A DNA stretch of 64,000 nt from Octopus vulgaris (taxonomy: Eukaryota). The number at the start of each line of letters is the position of its first letter. Within the stretch, counting starts at the first letter, position 1. Shown here one piece after another: positions 37,135-48,689 of the stretch. The position numbers and the translations under genes were made by a program. The stretch covers positions 201,252,001 through 201,316,000 of the forward strand of contig OX597814.1 of assembly GCA_951406725.2 (NCBI GenBank), read 5' to 3'. The notes beneath the pieces were generated by a model. The model was given only the letters and a program-made list of their open reading frames with translations. It had not been told where the DNA came from and did no database searches.

Positions 37135-38230
37135 ATTGTAAATTTTAATATTGTATAAGTCTTTGGTGTAATAATATTTTCCTTATGTAAATATCGTTGT
37201 TTATGTAATGATCTAATTATCGTAATTTTCTATATTATTAGATATTAAATTTAAGTTTATTCGTAAGATACTACTTAGCGATAGATTTGTTATTTGATAG
37301 CAAGCATACGAGGTGTATTAAGTTAGGCTTTTGTATATAAATGTTTTAATAGTATTAATTGTAGTTTTAAATTTATAGTTAAATTAGATAAACCTTGATA
37401 AACTTAGATATGTTTCGACTAAACATTGGTCCAGGCCATGTCTAATTTAATAGCATAACTTAGTTATTTCTTTAAATTGATATTCGCTAGTTATTCCCAT
37501 TGATAATTATATTTATAGTATTTATAGTATATATTCGATAACAAAATTCGATACTATATTACTACGAATTGATTATTTCTATAAGTATTTTACATAAGAT
37601 TTCCGAAAGTTCGTTTAAGTTTGTTTATTTGTATTTTGAAATTAGCTATTTCATCTTTAAATATGAAAAATTAATTTATTAGGTTTTTATTATATATGCA
37701 TATATATTTATTTATAGAGATTATTTTAGATCTTAATATTTATATACATTTATATATTTTCATTGATAATTTATATATATTAGTCATTTTTAAATATTTA
37801 TGTAATTAGATTTAGACTAATACTGATATTAGATTATTGGTGGGTTTCCTACCTTATAAATTAAAATTAATATTTAACATTAAAGTCGATTTTGATATAA
37901 TCATAATTGTTAAGTTTTATGTTTCTAGTTTGATAATAGAGTTTATTATAAGTAAAATTATTATATTATTTATATCTTAAAAATATTGTTTAAATATTTC
38001 TGATTATATTTTAGATATTTCAATTAACCTGAAGATTGACTGTAACCATAACTCGAATTATTACGAATTGTACAGCCATGAAACGATCGTAGTGTTTTAC
38101 TCTTTATCTTTTATTAAACTTTTAATACTTTTGATATATATTTAAAATAATATAAATTAATTAATTTTATGTATTGGCTTATGTTTTTCATTGTTTGATT
38201 TGCCTAATAGTGGTTTTATCTCTAATTTAA
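37135..38230 (+). mobile_element. AT-rich PLE 3' UTR remnant with HHR-like motif at 38024-38096
   Basis: CTGAAGA-ttgactgta...tacagccat-GAAAC-GATC-GTA; 3' end gtggttttatctctaattt resembles 18340-18360; (TA)n flanks. Confidence 0.6.
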
Positions 38231-38234
38231 TATA

Positions 38235-38321
<87 letters not shown>

Positions 38322-38350
38322 AAAGAAGGAAAATGCACACAGTTTACATG

Positions 38351-39647
38351 TATGGTCTGATCACTAAGTATCCAAACTGTAGCCATAGTAACGAAGCTAA
38401 AGCATGCAGAGTAAAGCCGCTTGACACAGATTGACCTTGAACTCTGTTGTGCATATGCTCTAAGTTTTAACTTGCTAGAAAACTTCAAATGTTTACAGCA
38501 GTGCTTGGAAGGAAGGTGTTTAGTGTGTGATCGTCGTATTGACTATGACAGAGAAAGTTGTCATGATGATACCTTCTCAGAGGTCTACCTAAAGTTGTAG
38601 AAAGTGTATGGAGAGGGGTGTATGAGCCACACACAAGTGTACGAGTGGTTCAGACATTTCCAAGATGGCCGAAAAAATGTAGATAGTGACGAACATTCTG
38701 GGAGATCTGCAACCAGTAGAACTGAGAAAAACATAGATGTGCGTGCAGCTGTGAGGGGAAATTGTCGAATCACCACCCGAGAGTTATCAGAGGATGTACA
38801 GATTAGTTATGGTTCAGTTCAGTCCATTATCCCTGAAGATTTGGGTATGAGATGTGCGTCTGCCAAGTTTGTGCCAAAACTGCTTTTAGCTGACCAAAAA
38901 GACACTCGGGTTTCAGTTGCACAAGATCTCCTTGATTGTATCAAGAAGGATGAAAACTTCTTGAAAGCTTTGCGTAGGCCTTTGGGCAAATATTGCCAAG
39001 CTTTCAGAAAAAGTTGATGCTGATTCTCTGCTCAGCCTTCTCTGTCATGGTCAAATCGATGATCACACGCTACACACCTTCCTTCCAAACACTGCTGTAA
39101 ACAGCAGAAGTAAGCTAGAACGTTAAAAGTTAGGCGCAGGAGTGGCTGTGTGGTAAGTAGCTTGCTAACCAACCACATGGTTCCGGGTTCAGTCCCACTG
39201 CATGGCATCTTGGGCAAGTGTCTTCTGCTATAGCCCCGGGCCGACCAATGCCTTGTGAGTGGATTTGGTAGATGGAAACTGAAAGAAGCCTGTCGTATAT
39301 ATGTATATATATATATATATGTGTGTGTATTTGTGTGTCTGTGTTTGACCCCCTAGCATTGCTTGACGACCGATGCTGGTGTGTTTACGTCCCCGTCACA
39401 TAGCGGTCTGGCAAAAGAGACCGATAGAATAAGTACTGGGCTTACAAAGAATAAATCTTGGGTCGATTTGCTCGACTAAAGGCGGTGCTCCAGGATGGCC
39501 GCAGTTAAATGACTGAAACAAGTAAAAGAGTAAAAAGAGTATGTACAGCAGAGTTCATGGTAAATCTGTGCCAAGCAGTTCCACATTGCATACTTTAGCT
39601 TCATTACTATGGATGACAATCCGGATACTTATTGATCAGACCACATA
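38351..39647 (+). mobile_element. Non-autonomous mariner with about 210-bp inverted termini and transposase N-terminus
   Basis: ORF 38604-39017 VYEWFRHF..GR...SGR...FVPKLL; termini ggtctgatcactaagtatcc / ggatacttattgatcagacc; right arm split by a SINE-A. Confidence 0.8.
39132..39540 (+). mobile_element. Full-length SINE family A nested in the mariner terminal repeat
   Basis: aggcgcaggagtggctgtgtggtaag...gtaaaagagtaaaagagt. Confidence 0.9.
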
Positions 39648-40039
39648 ATTTTAAAATATGTTAAAACTACACAAACTATGTGCATTCCTTCTTTTATTGT
39701 ATAAATAATTTTTTTGCATTGCAACTCACCATGTGGCTGAGTGGGTGCTTTTTATGTGCCACTGGCACAGCATCCAGTAAGGGGAGCCTGGTGACGACCC
39801 CGTTCGCATGGTGCTTTTTACATTCCATCAGCACAGGAGCCAGTCAGTGGGTACTGGCATTGGTCTCGATCACTGGCACTAGAGCCAGTAAAGAGGGCCT
39901 GGCAATGGACACGTTCAGATGGTGCTTTTTATGTGTCACTGGCACATGACCCAGTCAGGCAGATCTGGCAACTACCACATTCGGAAGGTGCTTTTTACAT
40001 GCCATCGGCATGGTAGCCAGTCAAGGTGCTCCGGTTCCA

Positions 40040-40041
40040 GC

Positions 40042-40131
<90 letters not shown>

Positions 40132-40385
40132 GAAGAAGAAGAAGAAGAAGAAGAACAACAACAACAACAGCAACAACAACAACAATAATAATAACAATAA
40201 GAACAATAGCAACAACAACAACAACAACTACAACAACATCGAAAATACCTTAGGAATGAGAACCCAGGTTCGAAAATTCCCCAAGACACATGAAGAAGGC
40301 TGGAGGGTACATCAGCCGAAAAATTGTGTTAACAACAAACATGATGAAGACAAATATCCGTCAAATGTAAATAATGTAAATAATT
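40040..40385 (+). mobile_element. SINE-H microsatellite and tail (decayed HHR at 40285-40330)
   Basis: (AAT)n(AAG)n(AAC)n-catcgaaaataccttaggaatgagaacccagg...gacacatgaagaaggctgg...cagccgaaa. Confidence 0.75.
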
Positions 40386-41023
40386 TAAATAATGAGTAAA
40401 ATCTAATTATATTTAAAAAAATCTAATTGTATGTTATGTTGTAAAACAAGAGTTTAGTGAATTTGATGTGAGGAGTTGAATATCCAATGTTTCGAACATT
40501 GTCCTTCTTTAGCAAAACATTGAAAAGAGAAAAATTAATGAAAGTCAGCAGAGTTTTTAACATTGTCTAAGTTAAAAGAAAATGGCTGCAACTGAAAAGA
40601 ATACAAGACTTTGTTAGTTTCATATGTGAACAGGAAATGGTGAGAGAAATAATGTAAAATGGAAGAAGGAAATGGAAATAGTGAAATGAGGAGAAACAGA
40701 CGAAGTTCAGAGTGAGATGAAGGGAAAAGATGAGGAGAGAAAGGAGTTGATGGATGAGAAAGGATTTAAGGAATTAAGAGGAGGTGTCAGAGTAGAAAGG
40801 AAAATGTTTGTTTAAATCTGTTGGTGACATCATGACCAGTTCGGATATGAAGCATTGTTCTTTCCATTTTCCTGAAAATGAGGAACCATATATGCATGTA
40901 TATGTGTGTGTGTGTGTGTGTTTGTATATATACATACATACATATATATATATATATAACTTTGATAGGTTTTGGCCAGTATAGGCACAGGCCATGTCAC
41001 CACTGGTATATACATATACATAT

Positions 41024-41097
<74 letters not shown>

Positions 41098-41104
<7 letters not shown>

Positions 41105-41398
41105 AAATTACAAAAGGAAAATACTCACACTTACATAGTTTTAATATATTTTTTGATATATCGACTGGTTTCGCTATCGCTATTCATGATATTATGTTTT
41201 ACTTATTTGAATATATATTTTTTTCTTAAGAATAAATTTGGTTCATACACAACATGGACCAAATTTTTTCTTAAGAAAAAATATATATTCAAATAAGTAA
41301 AACATAATATCATGAATAGCGATAGTGAAACCGGTCGATATATTGAAAAATATATTAAAACTATGTGTGCGTATTTTCCTTTTTTAATTTCTTGTATA
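41098..41398. repeat. About 300-bp hairpin; probable inverted pLTR pair of a truncated PLE
   Basis: Arms 41098-41246 / 41254-41398 with a 7-nt loop; carry the HHR 3' half GAAAC-CG-GTC. Confidence 0.75.
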
Positions 41399-41444
41399 CA
41401 TTACAATTCACCACGTAGGGATGATCGAAATTCCTCTTTTCTAT

Positions 41445-41500
<56 letters not shown>

Positions 41501-41654
41501 TATATATATATATATTATGGAGATGTAGATTGCATAGCAAGTGACTTGATCTGAGATTGTGTGCTGGAATGAAAACAATTGCGGCGTGGAAGGTTCTTAT
41601 AAACCATTTAAGAAACATACAAAAAACGTTAGATTCACTTCAACATTTAAATTT

Positions 41655-41710
41655 AATTTGGCAAAATATTTTCGTCGCTTTGAGACTGCGACCTGTTCAC
41701 TGACAAAATT
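41655..41710 (-). ncRNA. HHR-like motif with G3:C8 core swap, in a short element (41513-41720)
   Basis: AATTTTGTCA-GTGAACA-G-GTCGC-(9 nt)-GCGAC-GAAA-ATA-TTT^TGCCAAATT. Confidence 0.5.
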
Positions 41711-41730
41711 CCGTGCTGTTATATATATAA

Positions 41731-41831
<101 letters not shown>

Positions 41832-42684
41832 CAGAGAGAGAAAGAGTTATATATATTGATAGATAGATAGAGAGATATGTATGTGTGTACTACATGTATT
41901 TCTCTCTCTCCCCCCCTCTCTCTCTCGCTGTGTTTATATGTACTTCTATGTACAATTGTTTGAAAGAAAGTGGTTGTGAAATGCACTTTAAATCTTGTTT
42001 CTTAACATTTAAGAAACCAGCTGTGAGGCTGGAATCCTATTTTTACAAAACGCAGATGTTGTTGATTAAGTTAGAAACTCTTAACGAAACAAATCTGTAC
42101 AAGATTTTATTTAATATTCAAAGAAACGATCATTTGCTAATTTGTTTCTCATTTTATGGGTTGATAGAATCATTAGAAATTTACAGAAAATGCAAACTGT
42201 CTGTTCCGGATTCTGATTTCAAATGCCGGCAACACCAATTTTGTCTGTTATCCTTTTAGTCTTGATCAATTAAATAAGTACCAGTTATGCACTGGTGTTG
42301 ATGTAACCGACTTAATCCCTTTGTTTTTCCTTGTTTGTCTCTTCTTTGTTAAACCATCTGCAGGCAATAAAGAAATAAATTATCATCATGGAGATATCTT
42401 AACTGATGCCGCCAGTCGTTGGGGTGTCACTCTAGATGTTTTCATGGTCAGCCAATGCCACTGGTGTTGGTTTGTTGTCATGCATAGCAGGTTTGCAATG
42501 TTGTGTCCTGTCCAGTCCTTGATGTTGCTAGGAGTGGCTCTGTAGTAAGAAGCTTGCTTCTCAACCACATGGTTCAGCCCCACTGTGTGGTGCCTTGGCC
42601 AAGTGTCTTCTACTATAGCCTCAGGCTGACCAAAACCTTGTGGGTGGATTTGGTAGACAGAAACTGAAAGAAGTTTGTCGTGTG

Positions 42685-42886
42685 ACCGTGTGTGTACCGT
42701 TGGCAATTTTTTTCCCTCTGTCTTCCCTTCTCTGGATCTTTCCTTCTCCTATGTTTCCGACGAAGGGCTCCGCTCGAAACGTTAAACCCTCCTTCTTCCC
42801 TTCCTTCCTGAGCGTCCAATAATACTATATTTGTTCCATGTCCTCGCGTTGTTGCATTTTCTCTTTGTGTTTTCATGTTTGGATTA

Positions 42887-42891
<5 letters not shown>
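42685..42891 (+). mobile_element. Second copy of the 26245-26468 family (HHR-like motif at 42753-42787)
   Basis: GTTT-CCGACGA-A-GGGC-TCC-GCTC-GAAAC-GTT^AAAC. Confidence 0.65.
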
Positions 42892-42917
<26 letters not shown>

Positions 42918-43149
42918 GAGGACCTCTCATTTAGACTTGCAGTGCTTATATGCATTCATGTTTATATTGCTAGGAGGAGATAATTGTCCACCACAGCCAT
43001 AGTTCTGGCGGTAGCAGTGGATGGTAATATGCACCACAAGTCCATATAATGCAGTATTGCGTGTTCTAACACAACATCCACTTTTATGTGGGGATAGATA
43101 TTACCTTTTGGTTCGGTTACAATTATTTATTTCTTAATAAACCCATTGG

Positions 43150-45320
43150 CTATTTGTGACACCAATTCCTAAATAGGTACTGAGTTTCTATGCATATCAC
43201 TGATGGAAGAATCACTGCTCTCTCTCATCTGGGTGTCTGCTATTGACAAGACCAAAGAAGGCCAAAATCACATGATCTGGTTGTCCTGGCGATAAAAACA
43301 CAAGTGCTTGCATGCACCACACGTCCATATGAGAGGTTCTCTCATGGTAAATAACACAGTATTGTGTGTTCTAACACAACAACCACTTTTAAGTGAGAGG
43401 TTCTCTCTTGGTAAATAACACAGTATTGTGTGTTCTAACACAACAACCACTTTTAAGTGAGAGGTTCTCTCATGGTAAATAACACAGTATTGTGTGTTCT
43501 AACACAACAACCACTTTTAAGTGAGAGGTTCTCTCATGGTAAATAACACAGTATTGTGTGTTCTAACACAACAACCACTTTTAAGTGAGAGGTTCTCTCT
43601 TGGTAAATAACACAGTATTGTGTGTTCTAACACAACAACCAGTTTTAAGTGAGAGGTTCTCTCATGGTAAATAACACAGTATTGTGTGTTCTAACACAAC
43701 AACCACTTTTAAGTGAGAGGTTCTCTCTTGGTAAATAACGCAGTATTGTGTGTTCTAACACAACAACCACTTTTAAGTGAGAGGTTCTCTCTTGGTAAAT
43801 AACACAGTATTGTGTGTTCTAACACAACAACCACTTTTGAGTGAGAGGGTCTCTCATGGTAAATAACACAGTATTGTGTGTTCTAACACAACAACCAGTT
43901 TTAAGTGAGAGGTTCTCTCATGGTAAATAACACAGTATTGTGTGTTCTAACACAACAACCACTTTTAAGTGAGAGGTTCTCTCATGGTAAATAACACAGT
44001 ATTGTGTGTTCTAACACAACAACCACTTTTAAGTGAGAGGTTCTCTCATGGTAAATAACACAGTATTGTGTGTTCTAACACAACAACCACTTTTAAGTGA
44101 GAGGGTCTCTCATGGTAAATAACACAGTATTGTGTGTTCTAACACAACAACCAGTTTTAAGTGAGAGGGTCTCTCATGGTAAATAACGCAGTATTGTGTG
44201 TTCTAACACAACAACCACTTTTAAGTGAGAGGGTCTCTCATGGTAAATAACACAGTATTGTGTGTTCTAACACAACAACCAGTTTTAAGTGAGAGGGTCT
44301 CTCATGGTAAATAACACAGTATTGTGTGTTCTAACACAACAACCACTTTTAAGTGAGAGGTTCTCTCTTGGTAAATAACACAGTATTGTGTGTTCTAACA
44401 CAACAACCAGTTTTAAGTGAGAGGTTCTCTCATGGTAAATAACGCAGTATTGTGTGTTCTAACACAACAACCAGTTTTAAGTGAGAGGTTCTCTCATGGT
44501 AAATAACACAGTATTGTGTGTTCTAACACAACAACCACTTTTAAGTGAGAGGTTCTCTCTTGGTAAATAACACAGTATTGTGTGTTCTAACAAAACCACT
44601 TTTAAGTGAGCGATAAATATTACCTTTTGATATTCATGTCACTAAAGAGGGAAACATTGTTACAATCTAAGAATGTTAGAATATTACTGGCTGCAGCTTA
44701 ACCAAAATAAATTTTTAAACCTATCCTTTATAACCTTTTTAAAACGGTATTAACAGCATAAATCAGGCGAAAATATTTCATCTCAGAAGCAAAGCTGGGT
44801 TAAGAAGTCAGATCCTTAAGAATTTATATCCAAATGTAAGCCACATTCTCAGAAGTTATTAAAATTGAAAAACTTTAACACACGACAGGATTTTGTGGGC
44901 TTCTATAGGCATCAATACACGTAACTACCTTTTTTAATATTCCTCTCATTTAAAGAAAGACCTTATTTTCTCTTATTTGGGTAGGAAGCTGGAACTTTCT
45001 ATTAGAAGGTATAGAGAGGAAGGTATGAAGAAATTGAATACGGTAATAGTATGTCACATATCTACTTCAAATTGGAAAATACTTTTCAGTTCACCACACA
45101 TAATATTACAGTCGAATATGATTTATATTCTTATATTACTATAATTATACCTCTACATCATTTTTCTCCATGACAACACTTAGTTGTCTTCATGTATATA
45201 TACATATATAAATATACAATATTTGACTATGGGAGCCTCACTGTTGCAGGAACGAATTACAGCATTTAGCCTGGGGACATTCTTCATCATGCTGATACAT
45301 TTTAAAGTTACAAAAAAAGT
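43150..45320 (+). pseudogene. Highly decayed Helitron PIF1-helicase remnant
   Basis: Frameshifted motifs in the expected order: DGRITA (GGRTAH-like), LVV-W-D, LLSE-R*ILP (GDFRQ.LP-like), LYPNV...RIL, SPH..L. Confidence 0.45.
43331..44610. repeat. 64-bp minisatellite, 20 units
   Basis: Unit gagaggttctctcatggtaaataacacagtattgtgtgttctaacacaacaaccacttttaagt; unit starts at 43331, 43395 ... 44547. Confidence 0.95.
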
Positions 45321-45498
45321 GATGTTCTGAAGTTCACATATTTTCATGTACTAAAACGTAGTCAGACACATATTTCATGGAAACGAACCACATTGCTTGT
45401 ATGATGATGATGATGGTCATTTACAACCATCACGTGACGCCTAGATATGAATACATGCAAACATACACACATACATGCACACATATACATATATACAT

Positions 45499-45532
<34 letters not shown>

Positions 45533-45544
45533 TTTATCTTTCTT

Positions 45545-45945
45545 TATCTTTTACTTGTTTCAGTCATTTGACTGCGGCCATGCTGTAGCACCGCCTTTAG
45601 TCGAGCGAATCGACCCCAGGACTTATTCTTTGTAAGCCCAGTACTTATTCTATCAGTCTCATTTTGCCGAACCGCTAAGTGACGAGGATGTAAACACACC
45701 AGCATTGGTTGTGAAGCAATGCTAGGGGGACAAACACAGACACACAAGCACACACGCATACATATATATATATACATATATACGATAGGTTTCTTTCAGT
45801 TTCCGTCTACCAAATCCACTCACAAGGCATTGGTCGGCCCGGGGCTATAGCAGAAGACACTCGCCCAAGATGCCACGCAGTGGGACTGAACACGGAACCA
45901 TGTGGTTGGTTAGTTAGCAAGCTACTTATCACACAGCCACTCCTG
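45545..45945 (-). mobile_element. SINE family A
   Basis: Full match to family A. Confidence 0.85.
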
Positions 45946-46049
45946 TATATAATAATTATTTGGGGGAATATTATTCCTAACTTACAGGGAAAAATTCAAT
46001 TTAGAAATACTAAATCAAATTTCACAAAATATAATATATATATATATAA

Positions 46050-46166
<117 letters not shown>

Positions 46167-46168
46167 AT

Positions 46169-46408
46169 ATTGGACGATCCCATAAATAATGCAGTTTTTT
46201 CAATTGCAAGAACTAAATGCTGGAGAGGGACGGGATAAACTACCTGCATCAACTTGTTATAAAAGCAGGTAGCAATTTTACCTTGCCTTATTCTCAGTGC
46301 AAGTCTTGAAGATTGCGGCCTTTAGGCAATGTGGGAAGATGAATGGAGGTATAACGTCGCCATCACTAGTGATCACTCCTAACACCATGTTATTGACTGG
46401 ATGCTTGA
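46169..46408 (-). mobile_element. maT/DD37D-like transposon fragment
   Basis: Minus translation KHPVNNMVLGVITSDGDVIPPFIFP, homologous to the 52054-53281 element. Confidence 0.55.
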
Positions 46409-47252
46409 AGGAGGCACAATGGCCCAGTGGTTAGGGCAGTGTACTCGCAGTTGGAGGATCGCGGTTTCGATTCCCAGACCAGGCGTTGTGTGTGTTTATT
46501 GAGCGAAAACACCTAAAGCTCGACGAGGCTCCGGCAGGGGGTGGTGGCGACCCCTGTTGTACTCATTCGCTCCAACTTTCTCTCACGCTTTCTTCCTGTT
46601 TCTTATCCCCGACTTCCTATGCAACCACTGAGCCTGGATGCACATTCAGCCATCCGTGAATGCTCTCTGTGTTGGGGGCTGACCTGCTTTCACTTTTGTG
46701 GGTCTTACGAATAGCAAAGGACCACGTTTCGGACTTCTCCCACTCTGGGACGAAGACCGCTTCACTCAACAAACAAAACAAACAAACTGGATGCTTGACT
46801 TTTTATCACTCTCAGTACATCTTCAGATTGACACCCAGACACTCTCAAATATTTGGATTGGAATGTCCAGCACAAATGCCAAGCAGCACAGCATCCGTTT
46901 CCAAATTTCTGGCAGAGTCAATTGTCTCATGGTACAATCCATCATGTGACAATGTGTTCCAGCTGATCCAATCAATGGAACAACCTGCTCGTGAAATTAA
47001 TGTGCAAGTGGCTGAGTACTCCACAGATGTGCATATTCTGAATGTAGTTCTCAGAGAGATTCAGCATGACACAGAATGTGACAAAACTGGCCCCTTTGAA
47101 ATCACAGGTACTTTTCATTTTTATCAGCTTAGTGGACTGGAGCACCATGAAATAAAGCGTCTTGCTCAAGGATACAATGCACTACCAGGATTCGAACTCA
47201 TGATCTTAGGACTATCAGCTGAATGCTCTAACCACTAAGCCACCTATCTTCA
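46407..47252. mobile_element. SINE family E (+, 46407-46780) and SINE family D (-, 46935-47252)
   Basis: Match 8520-8886 and 23132-23415 respectively. Confidence 0.75.
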
Positions 47253-48298
47253 CTATAAAGAAAGAGAAGGAGAGATCTGAGAGATATCGTGATCTAATTG
47301 GTCCTATAAACGAGTGAAAAGAGCAATCATTTAAGTTTTCACCTGACGACACGAGGGTCACTACAAAACTATTTATGTGTTAAAACATTTCTTACACAAT
47401 TTAACTAATTTCTGCAACTTGTTACTAATGTTTTGGTTTCATGAAACCATTTAACAACCAGTATCATATGTTCAACAAACTAATAAAAAATAAAATAAAT
47501 AAAATAAAAATAGATGGACTTTAGTTTTAGAAACTTACAAAAATAATGGCATTATATCTACTTTGAATGTTTTAGTTTCTTACTAATAAAATATCAAAGA
47601 AAATTTTTTATTTGATTACAATTATTATACCGTTGGGTATTTTATCATTTTATATACGTTTGTTTTCCTCACAAACTTTTTGTATATTTTATTGAGAAGC
47701 AGAGTTTTCAACACGTTTCTACGATGGATTATGTTACTTATATGTTTCCTTGTTTTTTATCTTTTATCCAATCTCAAAGAAAGTGTTTCCTAAATCTCAC
47801 AGACCTCTTGTCTCTTGTATATGCTTTTGTTTTCTTGAAAACAAAATTTGTTGGCCGGATGAAACCGTTTTTAATTTATCGGATAAAAGAAGTAAATGGA
47901 TATAAGTGTAAAATGCTGAATCAAACTGACTGATTGAAATGTGTTTAAAGGATTACAGTTCTGATTAGGAGCTTAACAGTTTTATATTCAGATTTAATCC
48001 CACCTCTGTTTATCACAGCTGATAACAGAGGATAGATATTGTGAATTTGTAGTATACAGAAAAATGATTATATTAAACTGATAGAAAATAAATAAAAACA
48101 CCCAAAAAACAAACAATTCAAACTGCAACTAATTCTCATCACCATCATTTAACGTCTACTTTATTCATGCATGCATGGGTCAGACAGGATTTGTTGATGG
48201 CCGTGGGCATGTGGCGTAGTGATTAAGAGCACGAGCTACTAACTCCTAGATCCTGAGTTCGATTGCAGGCAGTGACCTGAATTATAATAATAATAATA

Positions 48299-48336
<38 letters not shown>

Positions 48337-48399
48337 GTAATAATGATGATGATGATGATGATGACGATGATGATGATAATAATAACGATGACGATAATA

Positions 48400-48540
48400 A
48401 TTTAACTTAAAAAAAAAAATGAACGAACTATTGAGTTTGGTTTAATGGCCTACCAATGTATACTATGAGTTTCTTTGCCCTAGGAGTCGGGAAGACACTC
48501 GGCAAGAAATGGAAGCAAATTTGAAAGAAGAAAAAAAAAG
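48400..48540 (+). mobile_element. 5'-truncated 3' UTR-only copy of the R4/Dong LINE
   Basis: Near-identical to 51070-51215; followed by (TAA)n. Confidence 0.85.
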
Positions 48541-48689
48541 TAATAATAATAATAATAATAATAAAAGAACATAAAACAATATCATTGATGATGATGATGA
48601 TGATGATGGTGATGGTGATGATGATACTGATGATAGTAATAGTGGTGATAATGATAATAATGATAATAATGGTGATGATAATAACAATA

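Noticed and set aside
43331-44610. Possible CRISPR array
   Set aside because: Units are contiguous with no unique spacers, there are no cas genes, and the context is eukaryotic.
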